Of a stretch of DNA of 64,000 nucleotides, positions 27,348-35,640 are shown one piece after another. Each line of letters begins with the position of its first letter. The stretch's first letter is position 1. The translations under genes were made by a program, and so were the position numbers. Location: IMG/VR virus record IMGVR_UViG_3300042274_000144, positions 1-64,000 of that record. One strand, written 5' to 3'. The stretch comes from a virus. Its lineage: Duplodnaviria; Caudoviricetes. Below the pieces are notes generated by a model. That model searched no databases. It was given only the letters and a program-made list of their open reading frames with translations, and was not told where the DNA came from.

Positions 27348-28763
27348 ATGCTGAGTGTAGAACGGGCAGTTACAAAATTTAAGGAGATCATCAACGCCGC
27401 ATCCTCCTGGGCTTCCCTGAAGGATTCTCAGTTTGCTGAGCATGTGGCAACGTTCGTCTCCTGGTGTTTGCGTGATGCGCAGTTTAAAACAGAGCGCGCA
27501 AAGCAGGAGATGTTTATCTCTACGGCCCTGAACCGTGCAAGCCTTGTGGCGCACGCAGAAGACCGTGACTATATACCGCGCAAACCAACCCCTGCGTCTG
27601 GAACGATCACCATTCACAACAAAGGTACGGCAAAAGTAAGTCTTCCGGTGGGTGTCGAGTTTGACACTGATGATCAGTTTTCTGTCACCACACTATCTGC
27701 TGCAGTCATCGAGGCTGGAGCGTCTGCCACCATCGCGGCAAGCCAGTACAGAAAAACCGAACTCACCTTTCCGGTGGAAACCGAAGAGATATTTCATGAG
27801 ATACGCCTATCTCGCGAGTTAACCCCACGGGTTGCCAGCTTCAGCGTAGATGTGAATGAAGATGATGGTGCCGGATACCGTGTATGGAACTATGCACGCC
27901 TGTTGCAAAACACCTACCCTTCCAGTCGCGTATATGATGAGTTCTATGCGCACACCGATCAGATAGGCATACGCTTCGGCAACGGAAACTTTGGGCGCAT
28001 CGTGCCCGAGGGCGCTATCGTGCGCGTGCGCGTGGACGAAACGCATGGAGGCGTGTTCCTGAGTGCAGGTCAGCAGCTTTATCCCGTAAGGGAGTATGAC
28101 GATTACAGCGGGCAGCCTGCCGTTATCGAAGCCGTCATTGCTACGGCGTTTTCCGGTGGGCTCGACGTTGAGGGCACGGAAGAAACCAGACGCAACCTGC
28201 ATTACTGGCCTACCTACAATGGGGAGCTGGTTTGGGCTGAGGACTACGTGTACTTCCTTGAGCGCCGCTACCCCGGCATCCTGTTTGCGCGCGCATGGGG
28301 AGAGCAGGAAGCTGAGGAAATGGCCGGTTCCCCGAGCTTCGATTTCATCAACAAGATTTTTATCTGCGCATACGCTGAAGGCCACCCCACCCTGCAAAGC
28401 GACTGCATGACAGCCTTGCAGGGTGTTGAGCTACTTAACCGCACGTTTGAGTGGGTGGAGCCGGTACATGTGAGTTTCACGGTGGAGGTAACGGGCAAGG
28501 TGCTGCAGGATGTGGTGTTGTCCGAGGCCGAAGCTGCGATTCGTGATGTGCTTGAAAAATACTACGGCAAAAACTCCAGTGACAGGCGCAAGACCGTTTA
28601 CCTCTCAGAGATTTACGACGCCATACAGGAAACCGGGTACTTTTCATCTGCAACCGGCGCACGCTTTGAAGTTACCTTGGGTGGACAGTGGACGCAAAAC
28701 TATCTTTACGAGGTGGTTTCTGTTGATCTGGACGGCTCCACCTTTGACCTGTCCTACATGTGA
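27348..28763 (+). CDS. Baseplate wedge J-like protein (BplA-like)
   Basis: IRFGNGNFGRIVP, GG.D.E...R...L baseplate-J motifs. Confidence 0.85.
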   Translation: MLSVERAVTKFKEIINAASSWASLKDSQFAEHVATFVSWCLRDAQFKTERAKQEMFISTALNRASLVAHAEDRDYIPRKPTPASGTITIHNKGTAKVSLPVGVEFDTDDQFSVTTLSAAVIEAGASATIAASQYRKTELTFPVETEEIFHEIRLSRELTPRVASFSVDVNEDDGAGYRVWNYARLLQNTYPSSRVYDEFYAHTDQIGIRFGNGNFGRIVPEGAIVRVRVDETHGGVFLSAGQQLYPVREYDDYSGQPAVIEAVIATAFSGGLDVEGTEETRRNLHYWPTYNGELVWAEDYVYFLERRYPGILFARAWGEQEAEEMAGSPSFDFINKIFICAYAEGHPTLQSDCMTALQGVELLNRTFEWVEPVHVSFTVEVTGKVLQDVVLSEAEAAIRDVLEKYYGKNSSDRRKTVYLSEIYDAIQETGYFSSATGARFEVTLGGQWTQNYLYEVVSVDLDGSTFDLSYM

Positions 28764-28775
28764 GGCACGCAATAG

Positions 28776-29633
28776 ATGCTTGATTGGCTGGTAAAACGCC
28801 TATCTCCGGCGCAGAAAGAAAGCGAGCGATACGTAGAGCTTGCCGAAAGCCTGCAGCAATACTGGGAAGATAATTTCGACCCGGAATTTGATAAGCTACA
28901 GCGCCTGTGCTCGATCTATACCGCCTCCCCGGATGACCTTGCGCGTAAGATTGCCGAGCTGGGCGAACGTTTCACGCCAGACAACCCGACCGAGTACGAT
29001 CAGCCGCTGGCACTGGCATGGCGATTGTCCGAGATAGAGCGCAAGGAAACGGCTTTTGTGCTGATCAACGCCTTCCGGCGCAACTTTGGCAACATGGATA
29101 CTCAATGGATTGCGCTCTGGGCTCCGAAGGGCAGCGAGTACGGCGAAACCTTCAGGCTTGAAACCGACTTAAAGGATTGGCAAAAAGAGCTGCTGTATTT
29201 CCAGACTTCACGCGGCAAGCTGCGTTCTGACCTGGGACAGATTCACGCTATCGGCATGACCAAGGCTGATTTCCTGACAGCGGCTGAAAAAATAATAGGC
29301 AAAACAAAACCGGCACACATCGTTTACGACGGGCCGATCTTCTACCTGGTGCTACCCATTGACATGCCCGTGCTTGAGGTGGCGTTCCCCACTGAGCCGG
29401 TCAAGCGGTTTCCCATGCATGCCATGTGCTACCGCTATGATGATGTTGCGGCAGATGAGCGCTACGCTGATTCCGGCAATATGGCATACAGGTACGAGGT
29501 TGAGCGCAATCTGGCGTTTATCTGGGAAGTTCCCACAGAGCGCCTTGACATGTTTCCCTTGCTTGACGATGTGCCCGCAGACTTTGCACCACTTGACACC
29601 CCGATAGGCGGCGAAGGAGCAATATATGAGTGA
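28776..29633 (+). CDS. Baseplate wedge protein (P1 gp16-like)
   Basis: SIYTA...DL, KPAHIVYDG; synteny. Confidence 0.7.
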   Translation: MLDWLVKRLSPAQKESERYVELAESLQQYWEDNFDPEFDKLQRLCSIYTASPDDLARKIAELGERFTPDNPTEYDQPLALAWRLSEIERKETAFVLINAFRRNFGNMDTQWIALWAPKGSEYGETFRLETDLKDWQKELLYFQTSRGKLRSDLGQIHAIGMTKADFLTAAEKIIGKTKPAHIVYDGPIFYLVLPIDMPVLEVAFPTEPVKRFPMHAMCYRYDDVAADERYADSGNMAYRYEVERNLAFIWEVPTERLDMFPLLDDVPADFAPLDTPIGGEGAIYE

Positions 29634-30051
29634 TGTTTTTCAGGTCAGCAAACTGCTGAACAGGTACTATGAAAAGGTCGGCAAGGCGGCTGCCGGAACG
29701 GGGCAGTGCCCGCGTTTTGCAACGTTTGAAGCTGGCTACGGGTTTATAGACGAAGACGTGCCGGACGGTGAGACCCCGGAAATTCTCAACGTGCCAGCCG
29801 ATCAGGAAACCGTTCCCGGCGTTGTCTATTCCGGTGACATCGAGGCGGCTTACAGCAATGGCTCAACCATCGCCAAGTGCGTCATTCCGGTTGGTGCGGT
29901 GTCGACACCGAAAAAGCTTAACGTATTCGGCGTCTACGACCAGGACGGTGACCTTGTGGCGGTAAGCGTCACCCTTCCGGACTGGCTTACCCCGACCGAG
30001 GCATATACCGGCTATCCGACAGTTAATTTTCCCATGGAGGATGTTGAATAA
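29626..30051 (+). CDS. Tail fibre attachment protein (P1 gpR-like)
   Basis: 141 aa, SKLLNRYY start and DQDGDLVAV end resemble P1 R as recalled. Confidence 0.65.
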   Translation: MSDVFQVSKLLNRYYEKVGKAAAGTGQCPRFATFEAGYGFIDEDVPDGETPEILNVPADQETVPGVVYSGDIEAAYSNGSTIAKCVIPVGAVSTPKKLNVFGVYDQDGDLVAVSVTLPDWLTPTEAYTGYPTVNFPMEDVE

Positions 30052-30626
30052 TGGCAGAACTGCAGCTTTCACAGCACGTTAAATGGCGCGAACAATACGT
30101 TTCGAGCGCGTTAAATAAGAAATTCAGCGGCGTTACCGAACCGGGCGTGTACTTCGGCTTCGAGCTTTCCCCGGGCGGCGACATGAACCTGCAGGTATCC
30201 CCCGGAGATGACTTTGCAACCAGCGTGGCCGTGGTAGAGCGTGACGGCTATTCAGTTACCGTGCAGGCCCCCGATGCCGGTCTTGTGGCAGTACCATCAA
30301 CCGGAACCTTTTACGTGTGCCTTGAGGCGTTCTACGTGCCGAACGATTCAGGCTATCAGCAGATAGTGTTTCGCGCCGTGCCCGAAGATCACCACGTGGT
30401 GCTGGGTAAAATCAACGTCCCTGCGGGAACTACATCAATCACCGCTGATATGATTAGCGAAGAGGGGCGGCAGGTTGGCAACCCTTCCATCTGGCTGATT
30501 GAGCTGTTGACGAAGTACGTTGAGACCCAGGCCGATGTTTTAGACCAGGGTGCCCGCCTCACGAACCTTGAAAATTGGGCCAAGACACAGGGCTATGACC
30601 CGACAGTAGCCTACTCAGGCAGCTAA
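30051..30626 (+). CDS. Stand-alone N-terminal module of a P1 gpS-like tail fibre (adaptor)
   Basis: EQYVSSALNKKFSGVTEPGVYFGF...GGDMNL matches the P1 S N-terminus as recalled; ends in a short coiled coil. Confidence 0.7.
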   Translation: MAELQLSQHVKWREQYVSSALNKKFSGVTEPGVYFGFELSPGGDMNLQVSPGDDFATSVAVVERDGYSVTVQAPDAGLVAVPSTGTFYVCLEAFYVPNDSGYQQIVFRAVPEDHHVVLGKINVPAGTTSITADMISEEGRQVGNPSIWLIELLTKYVETQADVLDQGARLTNLENWAKTQGYDPTVAYSGS

Positions 30627-30645
30627 ACGATAAAGGAGTGACACT

Positions 30646-33171
30646 ATGAGTTCTATGCAGGAAAAACTGGCCGCACTGGAAAGCGCAGTGCAGCAGTACA
30701 ACACGCAGGCAGATGCCATCCTTGCGGCTGCCGGTGAGGGAGCCCTTGACCCCGATAACATTGCCGCGCAGATTGAGGAAGCAACGCAGGACGCCATCCA
30801 GGAAGTGCTTGAAACTGTTGACGGGCTGGATGTGTCCGAGCTTTACGACCGCACGGCCATGCAATCACGTCTGACCGCGCTGCAAAACGCCTACGATCCG
30901 TACACAAAATTCGTGATGGAGTTTTTCTCTGACCTCTACACCGCCATGGACACCTTCACCGTGGGTAGCGTGGCAACCTATGACGGCGATGATTCGGTGG
31001 ATGTGGCAGACACTTCCGATCTTGAAATTGACAAGGAATATTTCATTACCGATGGCACGAACAGCGCATTCGTGCGCGTGGCCGAAATCTTTTCATCTAC
31101 CCGCTTCCGAGCCAGCGAACAGCTTACTGTAACTATTGCTGACGGCACACTGTACCGCTCAACCTGGCAGATATCTAGCGGCGTTGCCTCCTTGAGCGCG
31201 GGCGATGTGTACTACTCCGTGCCTATGAACTTGGACGCGGCGAGCGTGACGAAGAAAGCGTTCGTTGTTCGTACCACCAATCCTGATGCGCTGGATTTCT
31301 ACTTTAAGCAGGCCAAGTCTACCACATGGGTTGCGGCAAATTGGGAGTGGAAGCGCAGCGCTACTGACGAAGGTTACTATGACGCCGAATTTGCCATTCC
31401 GGTGATGAATGATTTTGAAGTGAAGCTGGTTGCTTCAGGCTCTGCGCAGGTTCGGCATATTGTGGGCATTACCCGCGAGACAGGGCTGCAAGGTGTTCAT
31501 CGGCCTCCGGTAAAGCCAAGCATTGTATCCCCCGCAGACGGCGCAACAGACGTTGATGAACAGCCGTCAGTGACAACTACGGCATATAGCCACCCGAACA
31601 ACACCAGCCAGGACTCTTCCGACTTTCAAATGTCGAGCGATGCCAGTTTTGCTGAAGAGTATATCATTGGTGAAAACTATGGCGTTACCGGCATATCCTG
31701 TTCACCTGAAAAGGGCGTGCTCACCGAGTCCACCACCTACTATGTGCGCGCTCGACACGTTGACGTTTACGGCGGCACCTCAGAGTGGTCTGACGCGATC
31801 AGCTTTACCACGGCAGCAAGCTTTATCACCGTCGATAAGCCCACGGCAGTCTCTCCCGCTGCTGGCGAAGAACTTTCATCCCCTGACGGCTTAACCCTGG
31901 TTTCATCCGACTTTAGCACCGAGGGCGGCACGGATACGCATGCCAACTCTCAGTGGCAGATAGCCAGCGATACCGGGTTTACAACCATGGTACAAGATTC
32001 CGGCTCTACGGCTACAGACCTAACGAGCTATGCAGTGCCGGACGGAACACTAAGTCGAGACAATACCTACTACTGGCGCGTGCGGCATGAGGGCACGAAT
32101 GAGGGCTGGTCTGACTGGTCAAGTGCCATAGTTTTTTCAGTGTCTGACGCTTCAATCGTGGGTATCGCGCTGGTTTCTGAGGGTGGCGGCGCAGGCACAT
32201 GGCAGCAAGTTGATGTAGACGGCAACAATCTTGCCGTAGAAGGATCGTTCTTTGACAACCACAATGTGTTCGGCGGGATAGCGGGCGAAACCATAGACAG
32301 TCAGGATATGGTGAAGATTCCCAAGTTTTGGTTCAAGCAAGACACCGCCCCTTCTGGCAGCGATAACGCGGGGCGCAAATGCTGGTGGGTCAGCGATGCA
32401 GATGTTGACGGCTTCGATCTTCATCCGGCCTTTATGGATGCAGACGTTGCAATTGATCAGTTCTGGGTAGGCAAATACCAGGGCGTTGATGACGGCACAA
32501 AACTCGGCAGTTTCGGCGGTGTTCTTCCGAAAGTAGGCGAGACATTCACCTCATTTCAGGGCCTGGCAGATGCACGCAACGAAGCCAGCGGCGGCAATGC
32601 GGGGCAGAGCGGATGGCAGCTCTGGGACTTCTACAAACTAGGTGCAATTCAGATGCTTGCGCTTATCGAGATGGGCGGCAGTGATAGTCAGACTATCATC
32701 GGTGAAGGACGCGTCAGCGAAAGCAGCGCTGCCAACGTGGATGCAACCGACGTTGCCACTGCAACCTATCGAGGCATTGTGGGGCTGTGGGGCAATGTTT
32801 ACCAGGCTGTGGATGGCCTGGTAATTGACGGAACCCATAAGGTTAAAATTTGGGATAAGAGCGGCAATAAGACATGGATAACCACAGGAATTACAACCGC
32901 ATCTGCAGACGGATGGTCGACCTCCGTGCACACGCAGAGCGGTGACGATTACGACCTCAGCGCGTCATTTCTCCCGAGCGCAACAGACGGAACTGAATCA
33001 AATGGCACCTACGCTGACTACCTGTATGCCTCCGATTCCGGAGAGGAGAACGTTTGCTATATGGGCGGCCTCTGGGCCGTTGGCTCGTACGCTGGTCTCT
33101 TCCACTTGCGCCTGTACTACGAGTCCTCGGGTTCCGACTCGCACATCGGTGCCCGCCTCGCGAAAGTGTAA
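30646..33171 (+). CDS. Tail fibre / receptor-binding protein, DGR target (C-type lectin, Mtd-like tip)
   Basis: Coiled-coil N-terminus, Fn3/Ig-like repeats (YYVRARH...SEWS), HPAF...GLWGNV...GG.W...GARL CLec end containing the VR. Confidence 0.9.
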   Translation: MSSMQEKLAALESAVQQYNTQADAILAAAGEGALDPDNIAAQIEEATQDAIQEVLETVDGLDVSELYDRTAMQSRLTALQNAYDPYTKFVMEFFSDLYTAMDTFTVGSVATYDGDDSVDVADTSDLEIDKEYFITDGTNSAFVRVAEIFSSTRFRASEQLTVTIADGTLYRSTWQISSGVASLSAGDVYYSVPMNLDAASVTKKAFVVRTTNPDALDFYFKQAKSTTWVAANWEWKRSATDEGYYDAEFAIPVMNDFEVKLVASGSAQVRHIVGITRETGLQGVHRPPVKPSIVSPADGATDVDEQPSVTTTAYSHPNNTSQDSSDFQMSSDASFAEEYIIGENYGVTGISCSPEKGVLTESTTYYVRARHVDVYGGTSEWSDAISFTTAASFITVDKPTAVSPAAGEELSSPDGLTLVSSDFSTEGGTDTHANSQWQIASDTGFTTMVQDSGSTATDLTSYAVPDGTLSRDNTYYWRVRHEGTNEGWSDWSSAIVFSVSDASIVGIALVSEGGGAGTWQQVDVDGNNLAVEGSFFDNHNVFGGIAGETIDSQDMVKIPKFWFKQDTAPSGSDNAGRKCWWVSDADVDGFDLHPAFMDADVAIDQFWVGKYQGVDDGTKLGSFGGVLPKVGETFTSFQGLADARNEASGGNAGQSGWQLWDFYKLGAIQMLALIEMGGSDSQTIIGEGRVSESSAANVDATDVATATYRGIVGLWGNVYQAVDGLVIDGTHKVKIWDKSGNKTWITTGITTASADGWSTSVHTQSGDDYDLSASFLPSATDGTESNGTYADYLYASDSGEENVCYMGGLWAVGSYAGLFHLRLYYESSGSDSHIGARLAKV
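33064..33164 (+). repeat. DGR variable repeat (VR) with GC-rich IMH
   Basis: 101-nt ungapped match to the TR with 17 mismatches, all opposite TR adenines. Confidence 0.97.
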
Positions 33172-33177
33172 TGTATT

Positions 33178-33621
33178 ATGAGTGAATGTGTCATGAATGT
33201 CCCTAACGGCGGCCAAGTCGCCGTTAGGGAGCGCAAGCAACTGCAAGCAATGGGGCACTCACCGTACCAGGCGCTCATAGAAAAGCTGGAAGACCTGGAC
33301 GTTTATGCGCACAAAATACTGCACCATTTTCCGCGTATCGAACGCCACGTTTTGTGCCAAAGCATATTGGAGTGCATGGAGCGCATGTTTCGGCTGTGCG
33401 TTATTGCATGGAAACGGAAAAGCAAAAACTCCGCCCTCTTTGATCTTGATGTAGAGGTTGACGTGTTACGGCACCACGTCCGCAAGGCGCACCGCCTGCG
33501 CTATATAACCGCAAGAAGGCTTGGCGTATGGATGGGGCACATTCAGGAGCTGGGCCGCATGGTTGGTGGCTGGATTAAGCACTGTGACGGAAAACAAAAG
33601 GTAAAAACGCCTAAAAATTAA
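33178..33621 (+). CDS. avd: DGR accessory variability determinant
   Basis: FPRIERHVL...LDVEVD.LR...GRMVGGWIK four-helix Avd pattern; start may be ATG 33250. Confidence 0.9.
   Translation: MSECVMNVPNGGQVAVRERKQLQAMGHSPYQALIEKLEDLDVYAHKILHHFPRIERHVLCQSILECMERMFRLCVIAWKRKSKNSALFDLDVEVDVLRHHVRKAHRLRYITARRLGVWMGHIQELGRMVGGWIKHCDGKQKVKTPKN
33200..33230 (+). promoter_or_regulatory. DGR target-recognition hairpin downstream of IMH
   Basis: TCCCTAACGGCG-GCCAAGT-CGCCGTTAGGGA perfect 12-bp stem. Confidence 0.8.
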
Positions 33622-33636
33622 AGGGTAATGGCCTGT

Positions 33637-33737
33637 GGCGGCAACTGGGACAATGGCTCGAACGCTGGTCTCTTCAACTTGAACCTGAACAACGAGTCCT
33701 CGAATTCCAACACGAACAACGGTGCCCGCCTCGCGAA
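33637..33737 (+). ncRNA. DGR template repeat (TR)
   Basis: AAC/AAT-rich copy of the VR between avd and RT. Confidence 0.97.
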
Positions 33738-33903
33738 CGATCTTTGCCAGACGGCAGCTTGCCACGGCTTTCTGTCCAGAGCTTGTCATTCGGGGCCGCT
33801 ATCCTGACTGTCGATTACGAGTTGCGGCAGACAAACATAACAAGTAGCGCTGCGGCAAGTACCCTTAATGGAGAAAGTGGCAAGCGCTAACTATGGAGAC
33901 TCG

Positions 33904-34929
33904 ATGCCAAAAACATGCAAGCACATATGGAAAGACATTGTGGTTTTTGAGAATTTCCACGAGGCGTATCTGCGGGCGCGTAAGGGTAAGCGCTTTAACG
34001 CCGATGCACTTAAATACAGCGAGAACCTGGAGGAAAACCTGTTAAACTTGCTAAATCATGTGGAATGGGAAAGCTGGAGCCCCGGCGCAGCAAGGCAGTT
34101 CTGGGTGTACGACCCGAAGTGGAGGGAGATAACCGCGCCTCCTTTCGAGGACAGGATAGTTCATCATGCTCTCGTTGATGTGGTAGAGCCTCTGTTTGAG
34201 AAAAGGTTTATAGCGGATTCTTATGCATGTAGACGGGGGAAAGGTGCGCAGGCAGCCGTTTTCCGGGTTCAGGACTTCATGCGGAAAGCCAGAGCGAAGT
34301 GGGGCAGCTTTTATATTGTTAAATGCGATGTAAAAAAATATTTCGCGTCAATCCCCCATGAGGTTTTGATGCGTCAGATAAAAAAGGTGATTTCCGACAG
34401 AAAAGTGTTGAGGCTTTGGCGTAAAGTGCTAGCGGCCTACGGGCACGAGGGAGGGATCGGGCTTCCCGTTGGGGCCTTAACTTCTCAACTTTCTGCCAAT
34501 ATCGTGCTTGACGCTCTCGACCACCGAGTTAAAGACGATCTGGGCTATCTTTTTTACGTCCGATACATGGATGATTTTGTTTTTATCGTCAAGAATAGGA
34601 ATGAAGCTAAAGAGGCTATGAGGGTGGCGGTAAATGAGCTGGATAGCCTCGGCCTAACGCTAAACCCGAAGTCTGGATATTGGCCCGGCAATAGAGGCGT
34701 GGACTTCTGTGGATATCGAACTTGGTGTACGCACATATTGCCCCGCAAGAGAAACATGAAAAAGGCCCGCAAGAAGTTTGTAAAACTAAGTGAATTATAT
34801 GCGGACGATGTTGTATCCTTAGAGTACGTAAAAATGCGGCTGGCTAGTTTTCTCGGATATTGCAAGCATTGCCGCTCATGGCAAACCGCCAGGAGCACGC
34901 TAAAACATCTCGTTCTGAGACACTCATGA
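33904..34929 (+). CDS. DGR reverse transcriptase
   Basis: RARKGK, DRIVHHA, KCDVKKYF, GLPVGALTSQ (DGR-type SQ), YVRYMDDF, DFCGY; GGAG RBS before 33904. Confidence 0.96.
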   Translation: MPKTCKHIWKDIVVFENFHEAYLRARKGKRFNADALKYSENLEENLLNLLNHVEWESWSPGAARQFWVYDPKWREITAPPFEDRIVHHALVDVVEPLFEKRFIADSYACRRGKGAQAAVFRVQDFMRKARAKWGSFYIVKCDVKKYFASIPHEVLMRQIKKVISDRKVLRLWRKVLAAYGHEGGIGLPVGALTSQLSANIVLDALDHRVKDDLGYLFYVRYMDDFVFIVKNRNEAKEAMRVAVNELDSLGLTLNPKSGYWPGNRGVDFCGYRTWCTHILPRKRNMKKARKKFVKLSELYADDVVSLEYVKMRLASFLGYCKHCRSWQTARSTLKHLVLRHS

Positions 34930-34955
34930 TGATTGCTAAAAAAGGGAGTTAAATC

Positions 34956-35618
34956 ATGTACTACAACAAGAAAACGTCAAGACGTTTGGGGCGCAACCAG
35001 GTTGAGCGCCAGGGGCTGCTGAAGCCGGGCATTGATCTATCCAAGCTTGATATCGTCGAGCTTATAGCCGAACACGACATCGACACCGAAATCTATGCCC
35101 CTATCGACACAGGAAGCGTGGAAATTCTGACGGTTACAGGAACAGACGATGAGGGCAACGAAACGCAGGTAGAAAAGGCGTTCGTGCTCTACGACAAAAA
35201 GGTGCGCTTTCGCGGCGATGTGCGCGATCTACTGCAAAACAAGGTCAGTGCACGGCGTGATACTATTTGCGTGTCAGGCTACAGCTTTCTGGTTGACGGC
35301 ACCGAACACGCCATTCAGACGCGCAACGATGCTGACCTTATCAACTGGCTTGGACTGAAGGCCGAAGCGGAAGCGGCACCGTCAGGCACAACCATGAGCC
35401 TGCGCACGACTGAAAATGCGACATTGGAGCTGCCTTCAGAGCAGGTTGCAGCATTGCTCAAAAGTGCCATGGCATACCGCTCGACCATCATTTCTGAAGC
35501 CTGGAGCCTCAAGGATAGCATTAAGGGCGCGGCTGACGATGCGGAAGCAGTGCAGGTGTATGAGGACAACATTGACACCATATGGACAGAGAACGTGCCC
35601 GCTGAAGTCACCGCATAA
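34956..35618 (+). CDS. DUF4376-like tail fibre assembly protein
   Basis: VSARRD...QTR..D..NW...RTTEN...L...AW.LKD.I pattern. Confidence 0.7.
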   Translation: MYYNKKTSRRLGRNQVERQGLLKPGIDLSKLDIVELIAEHDIDTEIYAPIDTGSVEILTVTGTDDEGNETQVEKAFVLYDKKVRFRGDVRDLLQNKVSARRDTICVSGYSFLVDGTEHAIQTRNDADLINWLGLKAEAEAAPSGTTMSLRTTENATLELPSEQVAALLKSAMAYRSTIISEAWSLKDSIKGAADDAEAVQVYEDNIDTIWTENVPAEVTA

Positions 35619-35640
35619 ACTGTAGCAAAGGAGCAACCCA

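Noticed and set aside
12052-30626. Host-encoded contractile injection system (T6SS, tailocin, eCIS)
   Set aside because: Capsid, portal, protease and terminase are present, so this is a full phage.
33904-34929. RT as group II intron, retron or Abi RT
   Set aside because: Short RT with no maturase/En domain, has the DGR SQ motif, and is flanked by avd and a TR/VR pair.
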